A stretch of DNA of 63,836 nt, filler included. It is 11 parts of 11 records of this genome, joined end to end, with 100 filler letters (N's around TTAATTAATTAA, not from the genome) between each part and the next. Parts side by side here need not be neighbours in the genome. Positions count along the whole stretch, not along the records: positions 22,579 to 32,353 come from SRR11831585_300; positions 32,454 to 34,512 come from SRR11831585_302; positions 34,613 to 37,834 come from SRR11831585_304; positions 37,935 to 47,630 come from SRR11831585_307; 7 more parts are not named here. One strand, given 5' to 3'. The notes under the pieces were generated by a model. The model searched no databases and had not been told where the DNA came from. It saw only the letters and a list, made by a program, of their open reading frames with translations. Below are positions 26,865-38,255 of the stretch, one piece after another (within the stretch, counting starts at the first letter, position 1; each line of letters begins with the position of its first letter). A program made the position numbers and the translations under genes.

Positions 26865-27431
26865 TTAGTGGGATTCACCAATCGGCAGAACGGTGCGACC
26901 AAACTGCTCGTTCAGTACTTCACCCATCGCCAGATAGATTGCGCTGGCACCGCAGATCAGCCCAATCCAGCCGGCAAAGTGGATGATTGCGGCGTTACCG
27001 GCAATGTTACCGATCGCCAGCAGGGCAAACAGCACGGTCAGGCTAAAGAAAACGAATTGCAGAACGCGTGCGCCTTTCAGCGTGCCGAAGAACATAAACA
27101 GCGTAAATACGCCCCACAGACCCAGGTAGACACCAAGGAACTGTGCATTTGGCGCATCGGTCAGACCCAGTTTCGGCATCAGCAGAATCGCAACCAGCGT
27201 CAGCCAGAAAGAACCGTAAGAGGTGAATGCGGTTAAACCGAAAGTGTTGCCTTTTTTGTACTCCAGCAGACCAGCAAAAATTTGCGCGATGCCGCCGTAG
27301 AAAATGCCCATGGCAAGAATAATACCGTCCAGAGCGAAATAACCCACGTTGTGCAGGTTAAGCAGAATGGTGGTCATGCCGAAGCCCATCAGGCCCAGCG
27401 GTGCCGGATTAGCCAACTTAGTGTTGCCCAT
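26865..27431 (-). CDS. satP: acetate/succinate transporter SatP (YaaH)
   Basis: 188 aa, NPAPLGL motif. Confidence 0.95.
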   Translation of the reverse strand: MGNTKLANPAPLGLMGFGMTTILLNLHNVGYFALDGIILAMGIFYGGIAQIFAGLLEYKKGNTFGLTAFTSYGSFWLTLVAILLMPKLGLTDAPNAQFLGVYLGLWGVFTLFMFFGTLKGARVLQFVFFSLTVLFALLAIGNIAGNAAIIHFAGWIGLICGASAIYLAMGEVLNEQFGRTVLPIGESH

Positions 27432-27579
27432 AATTCCTCAAAAATCATCATCGAATGAATGGTGAAATAATTTCCCTGAATAACTGTAGTGTTTTCAGGG
27501 CGCGGCATAATAATCAGCCAGTGGGGCAGTGTCTACGATCTTTTGAGGGGAAAATGAAAATTTTCCCCGGTTTCCGGTA

Positions 27580-28293
27580 TCAGACCTGAGTGGCGCTAAC
27601 CATCCGGCGCAGGCAGGCGATTTGCAGTACGGTTGGAATCGTCACGCGATAGGCGCTGCCGCTGACCGCTTTAACCCCATTTAGTGCCGCACCTACAGGG
27701 CCTCCCAGCCCCGCGCCGCGCAGCAAACCATGCCCAAGTACGCTCATTGCTGCGTGGGTGCGTAAAATGCGGGTCAGTTGGCTGGAAAGCAAATGCGACA
27801 CACCTTTTGCCAATAATTTGTCTTTCATCAGCAGCGGCAGCAGCTCTTCCAGCTCATTCACCCTGGCATCGACCGCGTGCAGAAACTCCTGCTTATGTTC
27901 CTCGTCCATTTTCTTCCAGGTATTACGCAGAAATTGTTCCAGTAACTGTTGCTCAATTTCAAACGTAGACATCTCTTTGTCGGCTTTCAGCTTCAATCGC
28001 TTTGAAACATCGAGCAAAATGGCCCGATACAATTTACCGTGTCCGCGCAGTTTGTTGGCGATACTATCGCCACCAAAATGCTGTAATTCTCCGGCAATCA
28101 GCTGCCAGTTGCGGCGATGTTGCTCGGGATGCCCTTCCATCGATTTAAACAGTTCGTTGCGCATCAGTACGCTGGAGAGGCGAGTTTTGCCTTTTTCATT
28201 ATGGGTGAGCAATCGGGCGAAATTTGCCAACTGTTCCTCACTACAATGCTGAAGAAAATCCAGATCTGAATCATTCAGGTAATTAACATTCAT
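27580..28293 (-). CDS. yaaW: UPF0174 protein YaaW
   Basis: 237 aa MNVNYLNDSDLDFL; synteny. Confidence 0.92.
   Translation of the reverse strand: MNVNYLNDSDLDFLQHCSEEQLANFARLLTHNEKGKTRLSSVLMRNELFKSMEGHPEQHRRNWQLIAGELQHFGGDSIANKLRGHGKLYRAILLDVSKRLKLKADKEMSTFEIEQQLLEQFLRNTWKKMDEEHKQEFLHAVDARVNELEELLPLLMKDKLLAKGVSHLLSSQLTRILRTHAAMSVLGHGLLRGAGLGGPVGAALNGVKAVSGSAYRVTIPTVLQIACLRRMVSATQV
27767..28252 (+). CDS. htgA: antisense nested ORF HtgA/MbiA inside yaaW
   Basis: 161-aa ORF MRVSWLESKC... fully antisense to yaaW, matching the known K-12 overlapping ORF. Confidence 0.5.
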   Translation: MRVSWLESKCDTPFANNLSFISSGSSSSSSFTLASTACRNSCLCSSSIFFQVLRRNCSSNCCSISNVDISLSAFSFNRFETSSKMARYNLPCPRSLLAILSPPKCCNSPAISCQLRRCCSGCPSIDLNSSLRISTLERRVLPFSLWVSNRAKFANCSSLQC

Positions 28294-28318
28294 TTTTTGT
28301 GGCTTCTATATTCTGGCG

Positions 28319-28723
28319 TTAGTCGTCGCCGATAATTTTCAGCGTGGCCATATCCGATGAGTTCACCGTATGACCCGAAAAGGTGATTTTTGAGACGCAG
28401 CGTTTATTGTCGTTATCGCTGTTAATGTTGATCCAGTCAGTGGTTTGCCCTTCTTTTATTTCTGAAGGAATATTCAGGCTCTGACTGGCGCTACGGGCGG
28501 CTTTGAAATAAACCGATGCACCGCTTAACTGTAAATCGCCATGGTCGGCAGAGAGTTGTATGCGTTTCACAATGCGACAAACAGGAAGTTTCAGCGCCAG
28601 ATCGTTGGTTTCGTTACGCGGCATTGCAATGGCGCCGAGGAGTTTATGGTCGTTTGCCTGCGCCGTGCAGCACAGCATCAGGCTAATCGCCAGGCTGGCG
28701 GAAATCGTAAAAACGGATTTCAT
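28319..28723 (-). CDS. yaaI: DUF2541 secreted protein YaaI
   Basis: 134 aa with signal peptide; synteny. Confidence 0.9.
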   Translation of the reverse strand: MKSVFTISASLAISLMLCCTAQANDHKLLGAIAMPRNETNDLALKLPVCRIVKRIQLSADHGDLQLSGASVYFKAARSASQSLNIPSEIKEGQTTDWININSDNDNKRCVSKITFSGHTVNSSDMATLKIIGDD

Positions 28724-28945
28724 AAGGATTCTCTTAGTGGGAAGAGGTAGGGGGATGAATACCCACTAGTTTACTGCTGATAAAGAGAAGATTCAGGCAC
28801 GTAATCTTTTCTTTTTATTACAATTTTTTGATGAATGCCTTGGCTGCGATTCATTCTTTATATGAATAAAATTGCTGTCAATTTTACGTCTTGTCCTGCC
28901 ATATCGCGAAATTTCTGCGCAAAAGCACAAAAAATTTTTGCATCT

Positions 28946-29053
28946 CCCCCTTGATGACGTGGTTTACGACCCCATTTAGTAGTCAACCGCAGTGAGTGAG
29001 TCTGCAAAAAAATGAAATTGGGCAGTTGAAACCAGACGTTTCGCCCCTATTAC
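28946..29053 (+). promoter_or_regulatory. tandem sigma32 promoters of dnaKJ
   Basis: CTTGATG...CCCCATT and GTTGAAA...CCCCTAT. Confidence 0.8.
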
Positions 29054-29099
29054 AGACTCACAACCACATGATGACCGAATATATAGTGGAGACGTTTAG

Positions 29100-31016
29100 A
29101 TGGGTAAAATAATTGGTATCGACCTGGGTACTACCAACTCTTGTGTAGCGATTATGGATGGCACCACTCCTCGCGTGCTGGAGAACGCCGAAGGCGATCG
29201 CACCACGCCTTCTATCATTGCCTATACCCAGGATGGTGAAACTCTAGTTGGTCAGCCGGCTAAACGTCAGGCAGTGACGAACCCGCAAAACACTCTGTTT
29301 GCGATTAAACGCCTGATTGGTCGCCGCTTCCAGGACGAAGAAGTACAGCGTGATGTTTCCATCATGCCGTTCAAAATTATTGCTGCTGATAACGGCGACG
29401 CATGGGTCGAAGTTAAAGGCCAGAAAATGGCACCGCCGCAGATTTCTGCTGAAGTGCTGAAAAAAATGAAGAAAACCGCTGAAGATTACCTGGGTGAACC
29501 GGTAACTGAAGCTGTTATCACCGTACCGGCATACTTTAACGATGCTCAGCGTCAGGCAACCAAAGACGCAGGCCGTATCGCTGGTCTGGAAGTAAAACGT
29601 ATCATCAACGAACCGACCGCAGCTGCGCTGGCTTACGGTCTGGACAAAGGCACTGGCAACCGTACTATCGCGGTTTATGACCTGGGTGGTGGTACTTTCG
29701 ATATTTCTATTATCGAAATCGACGAAGTTGACGGCGAAAAAACCTTCGAAGTTCTGGCAACCAACGGTGATACCCACCTGGGGGGTGAAGACTTCGACAG
29801 CCGTCTGATCAACTATCTGGTTGAAGAATTCAAGAAAGATCAGGGCATTGACCTGCGCAACGATCCGCTGGCAATGCAGCGCCTGAAAGAAGCGGCAGAA
29901 AAAGCGAAAATCGAACTGTCTTCCGCTCAGCAGACCGACGTTAACCTGCCATACATCACTGCAGACGCGACCGGTCCGAAACACATGAACATCAAAGTGA
30001 CTCGTGCGAAACTGGAAAGCCTGGTTGAAGATCTGGTAAACCGTTCCATTGAGCCGCTGAAAGTTGCACTGCAGGACGCTGGCCTGTCCGTATCTGATAT
30101 CGACGACGTTATCCTCGTTGGTGGTCAGACTCGTATGCCAATGGTTCAGAAGAAAGTTGCTGAGTTCTTTGGTAAAGAGCCGCGTAAAGACGTTAACCCG
30201 GACGAAGCTGTAGCAATCGGTGCTGCTGTTCAGGGTGGTGTTCTGACTGGTGACGTAAAAGACGTACTGCTGCTGGACGTTACCCCGCTGTCTCTGGGTA
30301 TCGAAACCATGGGCGGTGTGATGACGACGCTGATCGCGAAAAACACCACTATCCCGACCAAGCACAGCCAGGTGTTCTCTACCGCTGAAGACAACCAGTC
30401 TGCGGTAACCATCCATGTGCTGCAGGGTGAACGTAAACGTGCGGCTGATAACAAATCTCTGGGTCAGTTCAACCTAGATGGTATCAACCCGGCACCGCGC
30501 GGCATGCCGCAGATCGAAGTTACCTTCGATATCGATGCTGACGGTATCCTGCACGTTTCCGCGAAAGATAAAAACAGCGGTAAAGAGCAGAAGATCACCA
30601 TCAAGGCTTCTTCTGGTCTGAACGAAGATGAAATCCAGAAAATGGTACGCGACGCAGAAGCTAACGCCGAAGCTGACCGTAAGTTTGAAGAGCTGGTACA
30701 GACTCGCAACCAGGGCGACCATCTGCTGCACAGCACCCGTAAGCAGGTTGAAGAAGCAGGCGACAAACTGCCGGCTGACGACAAAACTGCTATCGAGTCT
30801 GCGCTGACTGCACTGGAAACTGCTCTGAAAGGTGAAGACAAAGCCGCTATCGAAGCGAAAATGCAGGAACTGGCACAGGTTTCCCAGAAACTGATGGAAA
30901 TCGCCCAGCAGCAACATGCCCAGCAGCAGACTGCCGGTGCTGATGCTTCTGCAAACAACGCGAAAGATGACGATGTTGTCGACGCTGAATTTGAAGAAGT
31001 CAAAGACAAAAAATAA
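29100..31016 (+). CDS. dnaK: Hsp70 chaperone DnaK
   Basis: 638 aa GIDLGTTNS...EEVKDKK. Confidence 0.99.
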
Positions 31017-31104
31017 TCGCCCTATAAACGGGTAATTATACTGACACGGGCGAAGGGGAATTTCCTCTCCGCCCGTGCATTCATCTAGGGGCAATTTAAA
31101 AAAG
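31017..31104 (+). ncRNA. dnaK-dnaJ intergenic structured RNA (tpke11)
   Basis: Hairpin CACGGGCG...CGCCCGTG at the position of the annotated K-12 tpke11. Confidence 0.5.
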
Positions 31105-32235
31105 ATGGCTAAGCAAGATTATTACGAGATTTTAGGCGTTTCCAAAACAGCGGAAGAGCGTGAAATCAGAAAGGCCTACAAACGCCTGGCCATGAAATAC
31201 CACCCGGACCGTAACCAGGGTGACAAAGAGGCCGAGGCGAAATTTAAAGAGATCAAGGAAGCTTATGAAGTTCTGACCGACTCGCAAAAACGTGCGGCAT
31301 ACGATCAGTATGGTCATGCTGCGTTTGAGCAAGGTGGCATGGGCGGCGGCGGTTTTGGCGGCGGCGCAGACTTCAGCGATATTTTTGGTGACGTTTTCGG
31401 CGATATTTTTGGCGGCGGACGTGGTCGTCAACGTGCGGCGCGCGGTGCTGATTTACGCTATAACATGGAGCTCACCCTCGAAGAAGCTGTACGTGGCGTG
31501 ACCAAAGAGATCCGCATTCCGACTCTGGAAGAGTGTGACGTTTGCCACGGTAGCGGTGCAAAACCAGGTACACAGCCGCAGACTTGTCCGACCTGTCATG
31601 GTTCTGGTCAGGTGCAGATGCGCCAGGGATTCTTCGCTGTACAGCAGACCTGTCCACACTGTCAGGGCCGCGGTACGCTGATCAAAGATCCGTGCAACAA
31701 ATGTCATGGTCATGGTCGTGTTGAGCGCAGCAAAACGCTGTCCGTTAAAATCCCGGCAGGGGTGGACACTGGAGACCGCATCCGTCTTGCGGGCGAAGGT
31801 GAAGCGGGCGAGCATGGCGCACCGGCAGGCGATCTGTACGTTCAGGTTCAGGTTAAACAGCACCCGATTTTCGAGCGTGAAGGCAACAACCTGTATTGCG
31901 AAGTCCCGATCAACTTCGCTATGGCGGCGCTGGGTGGCGAAATCGAAGTACCGACCCTTGATGGTCGCGTCAAACTGAAAGTGCCTGGCGAAACCCAGAC
32001 CGGTAAGCTATTCCGTATGCGCGGTAAAGGCGTCAAGTCTGTCCGCGGTGGCGCACAGGGTGATTTGCTGTGCCGCGTTGTCGTCGAAACACCGGTAGGC
32101 CTGAACGAAAGGCAGAAACAGCTGCTGCAAGAGCTGCAAGAAAGCTTCGGTGGCCCAACCGGCGAGCACAACAGCCCGCGCTCAAAGAGCTTCTTTGATG
32201 GTGTGAAGAAGTTTTTTGACGACCTGACCCGCTAA
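31105..32235 (+). CDS. dnaJ: co-chaperone DnaJ
   Basis: [11 protein letters not shown] motif, G/F region, CxxCxGxG repeats. Confidence 0.99.
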   Translation: MAKQDYYEILGVSKTAEEREIRKAYKRLAMKYHPDRNQGDKEAEAKFKEIKEAYEVLTDSQKRAAYDQYGHAAFEQGGMGGGGFGGGADFSDIFGDVFGDIFGGGRGRQRAARGADLRYNMELTLEEAVRGVTKEIRIPTLEECDVCHGSGAKPGTQPQTCPTCHGSGQVQMRQGFFAVQQTCPHCQGRGTLIKDPCNKCHGHGRVERSKTLSVKIPAGVDTGDRIRLAGEGEAGEHGAPAGDLYVQVQVKQHPIFEREGNNLYCEVPINFAMAALGGEIEVPTLDGRVKLKVPGETQTGKLFRMRGKGVKSVRGGAQGDLLCRVVVETPVGLNERQKQLLQELQESFGGPTGEHNSPRSKSFFDGVKKFFDDLTR

Positions 32236-32323
32236 CCTCCCCAAAAGCCTGCCCGTGGGCAGGCCTGGGTAAAAATAGGGTGCGTTGAAGATATGCGAGC
32301 ACCTGTAAAGTGGCGGGGATCAC

Positions 32324-32353
32324 TCCCATAAGCGCTAACTTAAGGGTTGTGGT
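32324..32353 (+). mobile_element. IS186 terminal inverted repeat (contig breaks inside the IS)
   Basis: CCCATAAGCGCTAACTTAAGGGTTGTGGT; K-12 carries IS186 right after dnaJ. Confidence 0.8.
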
Positions 32354-32668
32354 NNNNNNNNNNNNNNNNNNNNNNNNNNNNNNNNNNNNNNNNNNNNTTA
32401 ATTAATTAANNNNNNNNNNNNNNNNNNNNNNNNNNNNNNNNNNNNNNNNNNNNCCGCAAACCATAATGATCTTCGTATACTGTATGCACAGTGACTGTTG
32501 TGCTATAATTGTAGCCGCACTACATCTAAAGATTCTAAACACGCACAAAACCACACACACACGCGTGATATCAATGATAACCAACAAAATGTATCGTTGA
32601 CCTTATATACGTCTATATTAGTATATATCTGTACATATCTGAACGGTGCATGGTGTTTTTGTTCACAG

Positions 32669-34316
32669 GCAGAGCTAGAGAGTCTTCACGACCGTCGCAC
32701 GGCCCTTCTCACAAACATACAGCAGGCCGAGGCTCACACGGGTGCCGCGTTGCAGGCCCAGAAACAGTTGCGAGCCACAGAGGAAGTACGCCTTGTTTTC
32801 GATGTTGTTACCTGTGTATGATAATTTGTGACGCTGTAGCTAGCATCGTGCTGTCGTTGCCTGTGTCTCATATCGTATTTTGTGCTGTTACTGCTGTTGT
32901 TATCAAGCCTGATCACTACAGCTAGAACCCTGTCGAAGTTCAACTTCATCTACTTCACGCGGTCGCTCTATAGTTATATGTCTTACGTGTGTGCAGGGAG
33001 ATTTTGTGGGTAAACGAGCGTACTTTACCCCTTGAGTTGTTGCAGACGCATACAAATATATTAATTTCGTATGTTTTGGTAGGAGATATCACTGCTGGAG
33101 GCATCCATTGCGCGTCGTACCACTGAGTATGAGCAACACAGCCAACAGCTGGCCTCACTGCGACAGCGGATAAGTGATAACACATGGGAGCGAGACCAGG
33201 TATGTTGTCAGTGTTGGAGTATTTTGCGTAGTGGGCACGCCTAGCAGTTTATACCCTAGCATCACATTATGATATCATGTATATTCAACAACCGTATAAC
33301 GGTACCAACCCACACAACAGCTTTGCATGCGGAGTACATACATACCTGCTATATAAGCTAACACGATGGTGTCTCGTATTTTGTGTGTATAGCTGTCCGC
33401 ACACGAACAGGAACTTACACACACAGTGGACCACAACGCCCAACGCTCCGTCGTGTTGCAGCAGCAATTGCAAGACCTTCAGGAGAATCTATCCCGGATA
33501 ACTGACAAGGACCAAGTGTCTCGCGTGCGTGAGGAGCGGTTGAGGGTGTTGGCGAGCGAGCAGCAGACAGCAGAGTGTGACATGCGAGAGTGTGAACAAC
33601 GAATGCATGAGGTGTGTGTGTGTGGCTGCAATAATGATTATTGCTGTGGAATGGGTTGAGTATTACTCGTGTGTGCACACATACAACCGCTATCTCCTAT
33701 TCGTCGTACAGTTACTCTACTAACGTATACATGGATATCTATTATATATATATATGGTTGTCATCTTACTCTTCTGTGCTTATTTGCATATGCACGTTCT
33801 CTCCCTCTTATTCTCGCAACAAATGAACCACAGATCGAGGAAGCTCTTCAGCAGCAACAGACACTGGTAACACAGTGCAAACAACAACACGAGCGTGTGA
33901 TGTCTGACAAGGACCGATTGCAACAGTGCATAGAGCAACAGCAGCAAAAGCATGAAGCAAGCAAGGGGGCGGTGGAACAACTACGCGCCGAGTTAGAGGT
34001 GTGTATGAAGGGTGCTGTGTCTGCGAGCGTGCATGCTTGGGGTGTCTTGTTTGTGTGTATCTCGTGTTGGACTGAGTGAGTGCGTCAGGATGTCTGTGGG
34101 CAGGCACATATGTATGTGTATGTGAGAGTATATGTGCGCATGTTGTGTTTAAACGTGAACGCTACCACCATGGCACAAACGTTCTCTCATCCCCCCGTCG
34201 TCCCAACGTAGGTGCTGGAGGGGCGTGCCTCTGATATCAGCGACCGCATTCGCAAGACCACCACAAACATGCAGCAGACCCACAACATTGTGGGGCGATG
34301 TGGAGCCGGTCCCCAG
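32669..34316 (+). CDS. eukaryotic spliced gene fragment, long coiled-coil protein (possibly an SMC-family arm)
   Basis: Exons 32669-32785, 33083-33199, 33393-33611, 33834-33998 and 34212-34316, all phase 0 with GT-AG boundaries; 241 aa rich in Q/E/L/R (AELESLHDRR...IVGRCGAGPQ). Confidence 0.7.
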
Positions 34317-34612
34317 GTATGTTTGTTGCATGTCGCGCGGCTCACTCATCAGCTGTTGAAATTATATTGCATACTTGTGTTATGTTAGCGACCGCTCATT
34401 ATGATCACGTGTAATTACGTACAAATTTGTTCCGCTGCATCTAATCCTGACCTGCATGCGCGTTTCTGTGCTTCTACTCACGCACACACACTCACACACA
34501 AACACACACACANNNNNNNNNNNNNNNNNNNNNNNNNNNNNNNNNNNNNNNNNNNNTTAATTAATTAANNNNNNNNNNNNNNNNNNNNNNNNNNNNNNNN
34601 NNNNNNNNNNNN

Positions 34613-35870
34613 CACCCCCAATCGACCCTGTCCGCACAGAACTTGTGGTACTTGGCTGGGCGAGTGGCAGGTAGACAATATGTGAGAGAATTGGGGTAAG
34701 ATAACAATACATGTAAATGACATCGTAACACAGGGAGCAACTAGCCATGCACACCTTTGACAATGCTGCGGTCGGGGAAGGTCTGGTTCACGAATGTTAT
34801 TGCGAATTCACTGCAGATCTCCCAATCATCATCGTCGTCTGGATGTGCCCAGCCTTCCTTGACGCAACAGAACAGGCCCAGTTCTGGAACCTCAGGTATT
34901 GGTAGTTCAAGCTTCAAATGCCTATAGAATATCCGGAGAAAATGAGATGTAACGCTAAACCACACTTGCAAAGTACCACAAAGCCACGTCGCCTCGGAAC
35001 GTCTGTGAATCTAGTTCGGGTGTTGATATCTGAGAGAAATTGTTGATGGTCCATCTGATAGCAGCCCGTGACTCCCACGACCTATCCATGCGCAGATCCT
35101 GCCAGTGTGAGAGACCGACCCAGTATATATATTTCATACGTTCATAGATAGATGGATAGATGATAGATACATGCATAGTCCAATAGATACCGCGATATAC
35201 ATGTATGTGTTTAAGGGAGAGGACGGGGGTAGGTTGTGAAGACGCACCGTCGTGACAAACGCTCGAACTCCTGAGGGGTCACTATCTGAATGTCCACCTC
35301 TACAATGAGAGTATCGTCCACGATCCAACCTGCCGCAGGGTCGTGCAAATCCTCAACAAGAAACTGCTTGTTCCATCCCGCGCTGCTATGTGTGATCGTA
35401 AACTTGTGGTATGCGGCTACACCATAGCGGACAATTCATATATATATAACACGGTCAGACCCCATGCATGTTGGGTTGTGACGGACGTACACTTGCGAAA
35501 GGTACGAACGGGAAATTTTTGGTTCACGAGTCGCAGTTCGTATCCGGTAAAGATCTCGCGGCCCGCGGTTGAACACAGAGCGTTCGTTTGGATGTTCAGG
35601 TCCAGGACGAATGTAGTGTTTCCAAGCGCAGGTAGACCCACACTCAAGTACCTGCGCGGAAAAAGTGAGGTAGGTAAACTGTGACTTCCATTCGATTTTG
35701 AGATAGCAATACCACTCAGACTCGCCGCAACGCCACGTAGTGGATTGCTGCTGAACTTGCGAAAGCTCGCTGATTCTCCATTGGAAGGTGGTGGGCGGGT
35801 GTTGCAGCTGGTGATTGACGGGAGAACTGACTTCGTGTGGCGTGAGTGCACACGATGATCGCAATCTCAT
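34613..35870 (-). CDS. eukaryotic spliced gene fragment with two tandem MATH/TRAF domains
   Basis: Exons ~35807-35713, 35651-35491, 35416-35248, 35081-34977, 34921-34755 and 34655-34613 join in frame: FQWRISELS..W|YLSV..LRLVNQ..HKF..GWNKQF..LHDPAAGWIVDDTLIVEVDI, then IRWTINNFS..W|HLKL..ITFVNQ..YHKF..DWG; 5' end unresolved. Confidence 0.85.
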
Positions 35871-37234
35871 TCGCGTGTAGCCATCAACTCATCAATCACA
35901 CTAATAACTGCATGGGCGAGGGTGCGAGCCACATACAAAATCCAGAAAGAACACAGAATGCACCAACTAATTTCCAATTCGGCGGACAGTGGGCCTTCCG
36001 ATAGATACACGACCCTCCAGCGCGCAATCCTCGTATCAACAGTGTCATCGCAACTGGCTGCTAGGGGTAGGGAACGAAAAACGTGAGAGAGGGGGTTCGG
36101 AGTTAGTGCGTGTGCGTGTGTGCATGGCAACGTAAAGAAGTGACATATACATATGTACTCACAGAGCACATTGATAAACATACCGCAAATGGGAAGCGGA
36201 GCGTGCGTGATGATGGTTACATGACGGAGAATACAGATTAATTTCGACTGACCACATGCGCGCCTGCCGCCACACCACCTATAACACCTATAGGCACAAA
36301 GGCACCAGTGAACATGCATAGACTGCGAGTCATATTCAATACACGGGTTGCCGTGAGATACTGGACTGGAAAAAAAGCATATGCGTCGCTGAAATGCGAA
36401 AGGTTGCCAATCATCAATCACACAATAAAATGCCCTACATCACGCCTTATCGAAAGGATATCTATAATTTTGATCGATCTTGAGAGTTGGACTCTGGACC
36501 GTGTCGAACGGGATCGTCAAGCTGAATGATGTGACTGCAAATGTAGGTGGGTACAGCTTGGGCGTCCGCATGCAAAATGAAGTGTATAAAGAGCCATACA
36601 AATTTACGCATTAATCAAATCACTACGAGACCACCATACATTGGCTGGCCATCACAAACAGGCAGTACTGTCGCCACACAATCCCCTACTCTGCATGTGG
36701 TGTGCTAGCCTTGCGAGGCTTGCAAGTCCGTAATCAAAGCTCTTCTTTTTGGAGTCCGCTACAACGGTCACGGGTGCAACGCAAATTGTGATGCTGTTCG
36801 TGATTGAATCAGATGCGCGGGCGTAAGCGGAGGGGAGTTACGGCCGTGTGGTCCAGCACAAGCCTTCCCGTATATCGATGGACGAAGAATATCCGACTCG
36901 TATGCTGCGTTCAGCGCATCCACAGCGGATAACAGCGTGTGGTCACTGTTGCACAATGGGTGGCAGAAATGCGCTGGGAATATATGGACCGGATGCTGCT
37001 GGAACAGGGCGGATACCCAAAAAAAGACGTAGACGTGCTTGGGTGCTCACCCGACGTGCTTGCACACCACTAACAGACGGTTATGGCCTGGCCGTTCATT
37101 TACTAAGAGCACACTTTTTCAGAATGAACGAGCATAACCAACCAAACAATCACTCCGCGTCCCACAACTTTAACGAAAGAAGATCAACCCACTCGCGCTT
37201 CTACTAGTCAGCGGGAAACCCACGTTGTTGCATT

Positions 37235-37834
37235 TCAGACTGAAGATGCGGCTTGCAGAGCACGCGCCACGTAGGATGCCGGCGGTCTCGCGGCGGCGTC
37301 GTAGTTGAGACAGGCACTGATCAACTCACGCAGAGCCGGGGCAACCTACACAGCACACCGACAAACACGCACGAGGTCAGCCATGTACCCCACACCACCC
37401 ACTTCTCATGCAGCACGGTTCCATCCCGTCAACCCCACAGCTGTACCTATGCCTTTCCAGACGCACACATACAAGAAGGACACCTCACACATCCACATAC
37501 GGTCAGAGGAATGGCGGGCTTGGTGCGCTCATAGTAAACCGCGCGAATCACCTGCACGCTTGACAGAGAGCCGTACGGATGCACTCCAGTCAGCAGCTCC
37601 ACCAGAATGATGCCCAGCGCATACACATCCGCCAGTGCGCTGATCGCCTCTGCACCCATCTGCTCGGGCGCCATGTAGTGCTGCGTGCCTGCATCCCCAT
37701 GTGCGGTGTGCACAAACGTGGACAAGGACGCGCGCGCCAGGCCAAAGTCGCACAGCTTGATCTGCAAGCGGGAACGGTCCAGCAGAACGTTCTCCGGCTT
37801 CAGGTCGCGGTGTACCACGCCCTCCCCGTGCAGA
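37235..37834 (-). CDS. eukaryotic Ser/Thr protein kinase, C-terminal lobe (5' end cut by contig edge)
   Basis: Exons 37834-37501 and 37345-37235: HRDLKPEN, DFG, GTQHYMAPE, DVYALG, then LRELISACLNYDAAARP...TGA. Confidence 0.9.
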
Positions 37835-37934
37835 NNNNNNNNNNNNNNNNNNNNNNNNNNNNNNNNNNNNNNNNNNNNTTAATTAATTAANNNNNNNNNN
37901 NNNNNNNNNNNNNNNNNNNNNNNNNNNNNNNNNN

Positions 37935-37958
37935 ATCAGGGACTTGTTCGCACCTTCC
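37935..37958 (-). mobile_element. IS5 terminal inverted repeat at contig start, followed by TTAG target-type site
   Basis: Reverse complement GGAAGGTGCGAACAAGTCCCTGAT is an IS5 end; K-12 has IS5 between gltI and lnt. Confidence 0.85.
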
Positions 37959-38255
37959 TTAGGTAACATTTAGTTTGGCTAAATGTAAAGATATTGCTGT
38001 TTTATTGTTTGTTTTTGCGAGATGCGCCGCACCATTCCGAAGCAAAATTCTTAAAATGCACTCTTTTAGTGCTACCGCTGGATTACTGTGGTGCAACTAG
38101 GTTGTACTGATGCTGTTTCAGGGTTTGCCTTGTATAACAAAGCAATAGATGTGCCAAAGTTGGATAGGAGAATATTGTTATCCGGATAATGCACTGATGC
38201 CGCATCCGGTGAGCGTGCCGAAATATGGGATGTATTCCGGCACGATAAGAAGGGA

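Noticed and set aside
32324..37962. Eukaryotic DNA flanked by IS186 and IS5 ends as a composite transposon or eukaryote-to-bacterium transfer
   Set aside because: Linkers separate the pieces, the two IS ends belong to different elements at native K-12 loci, and the eukaryotic genes keep their spliceosomal introns.
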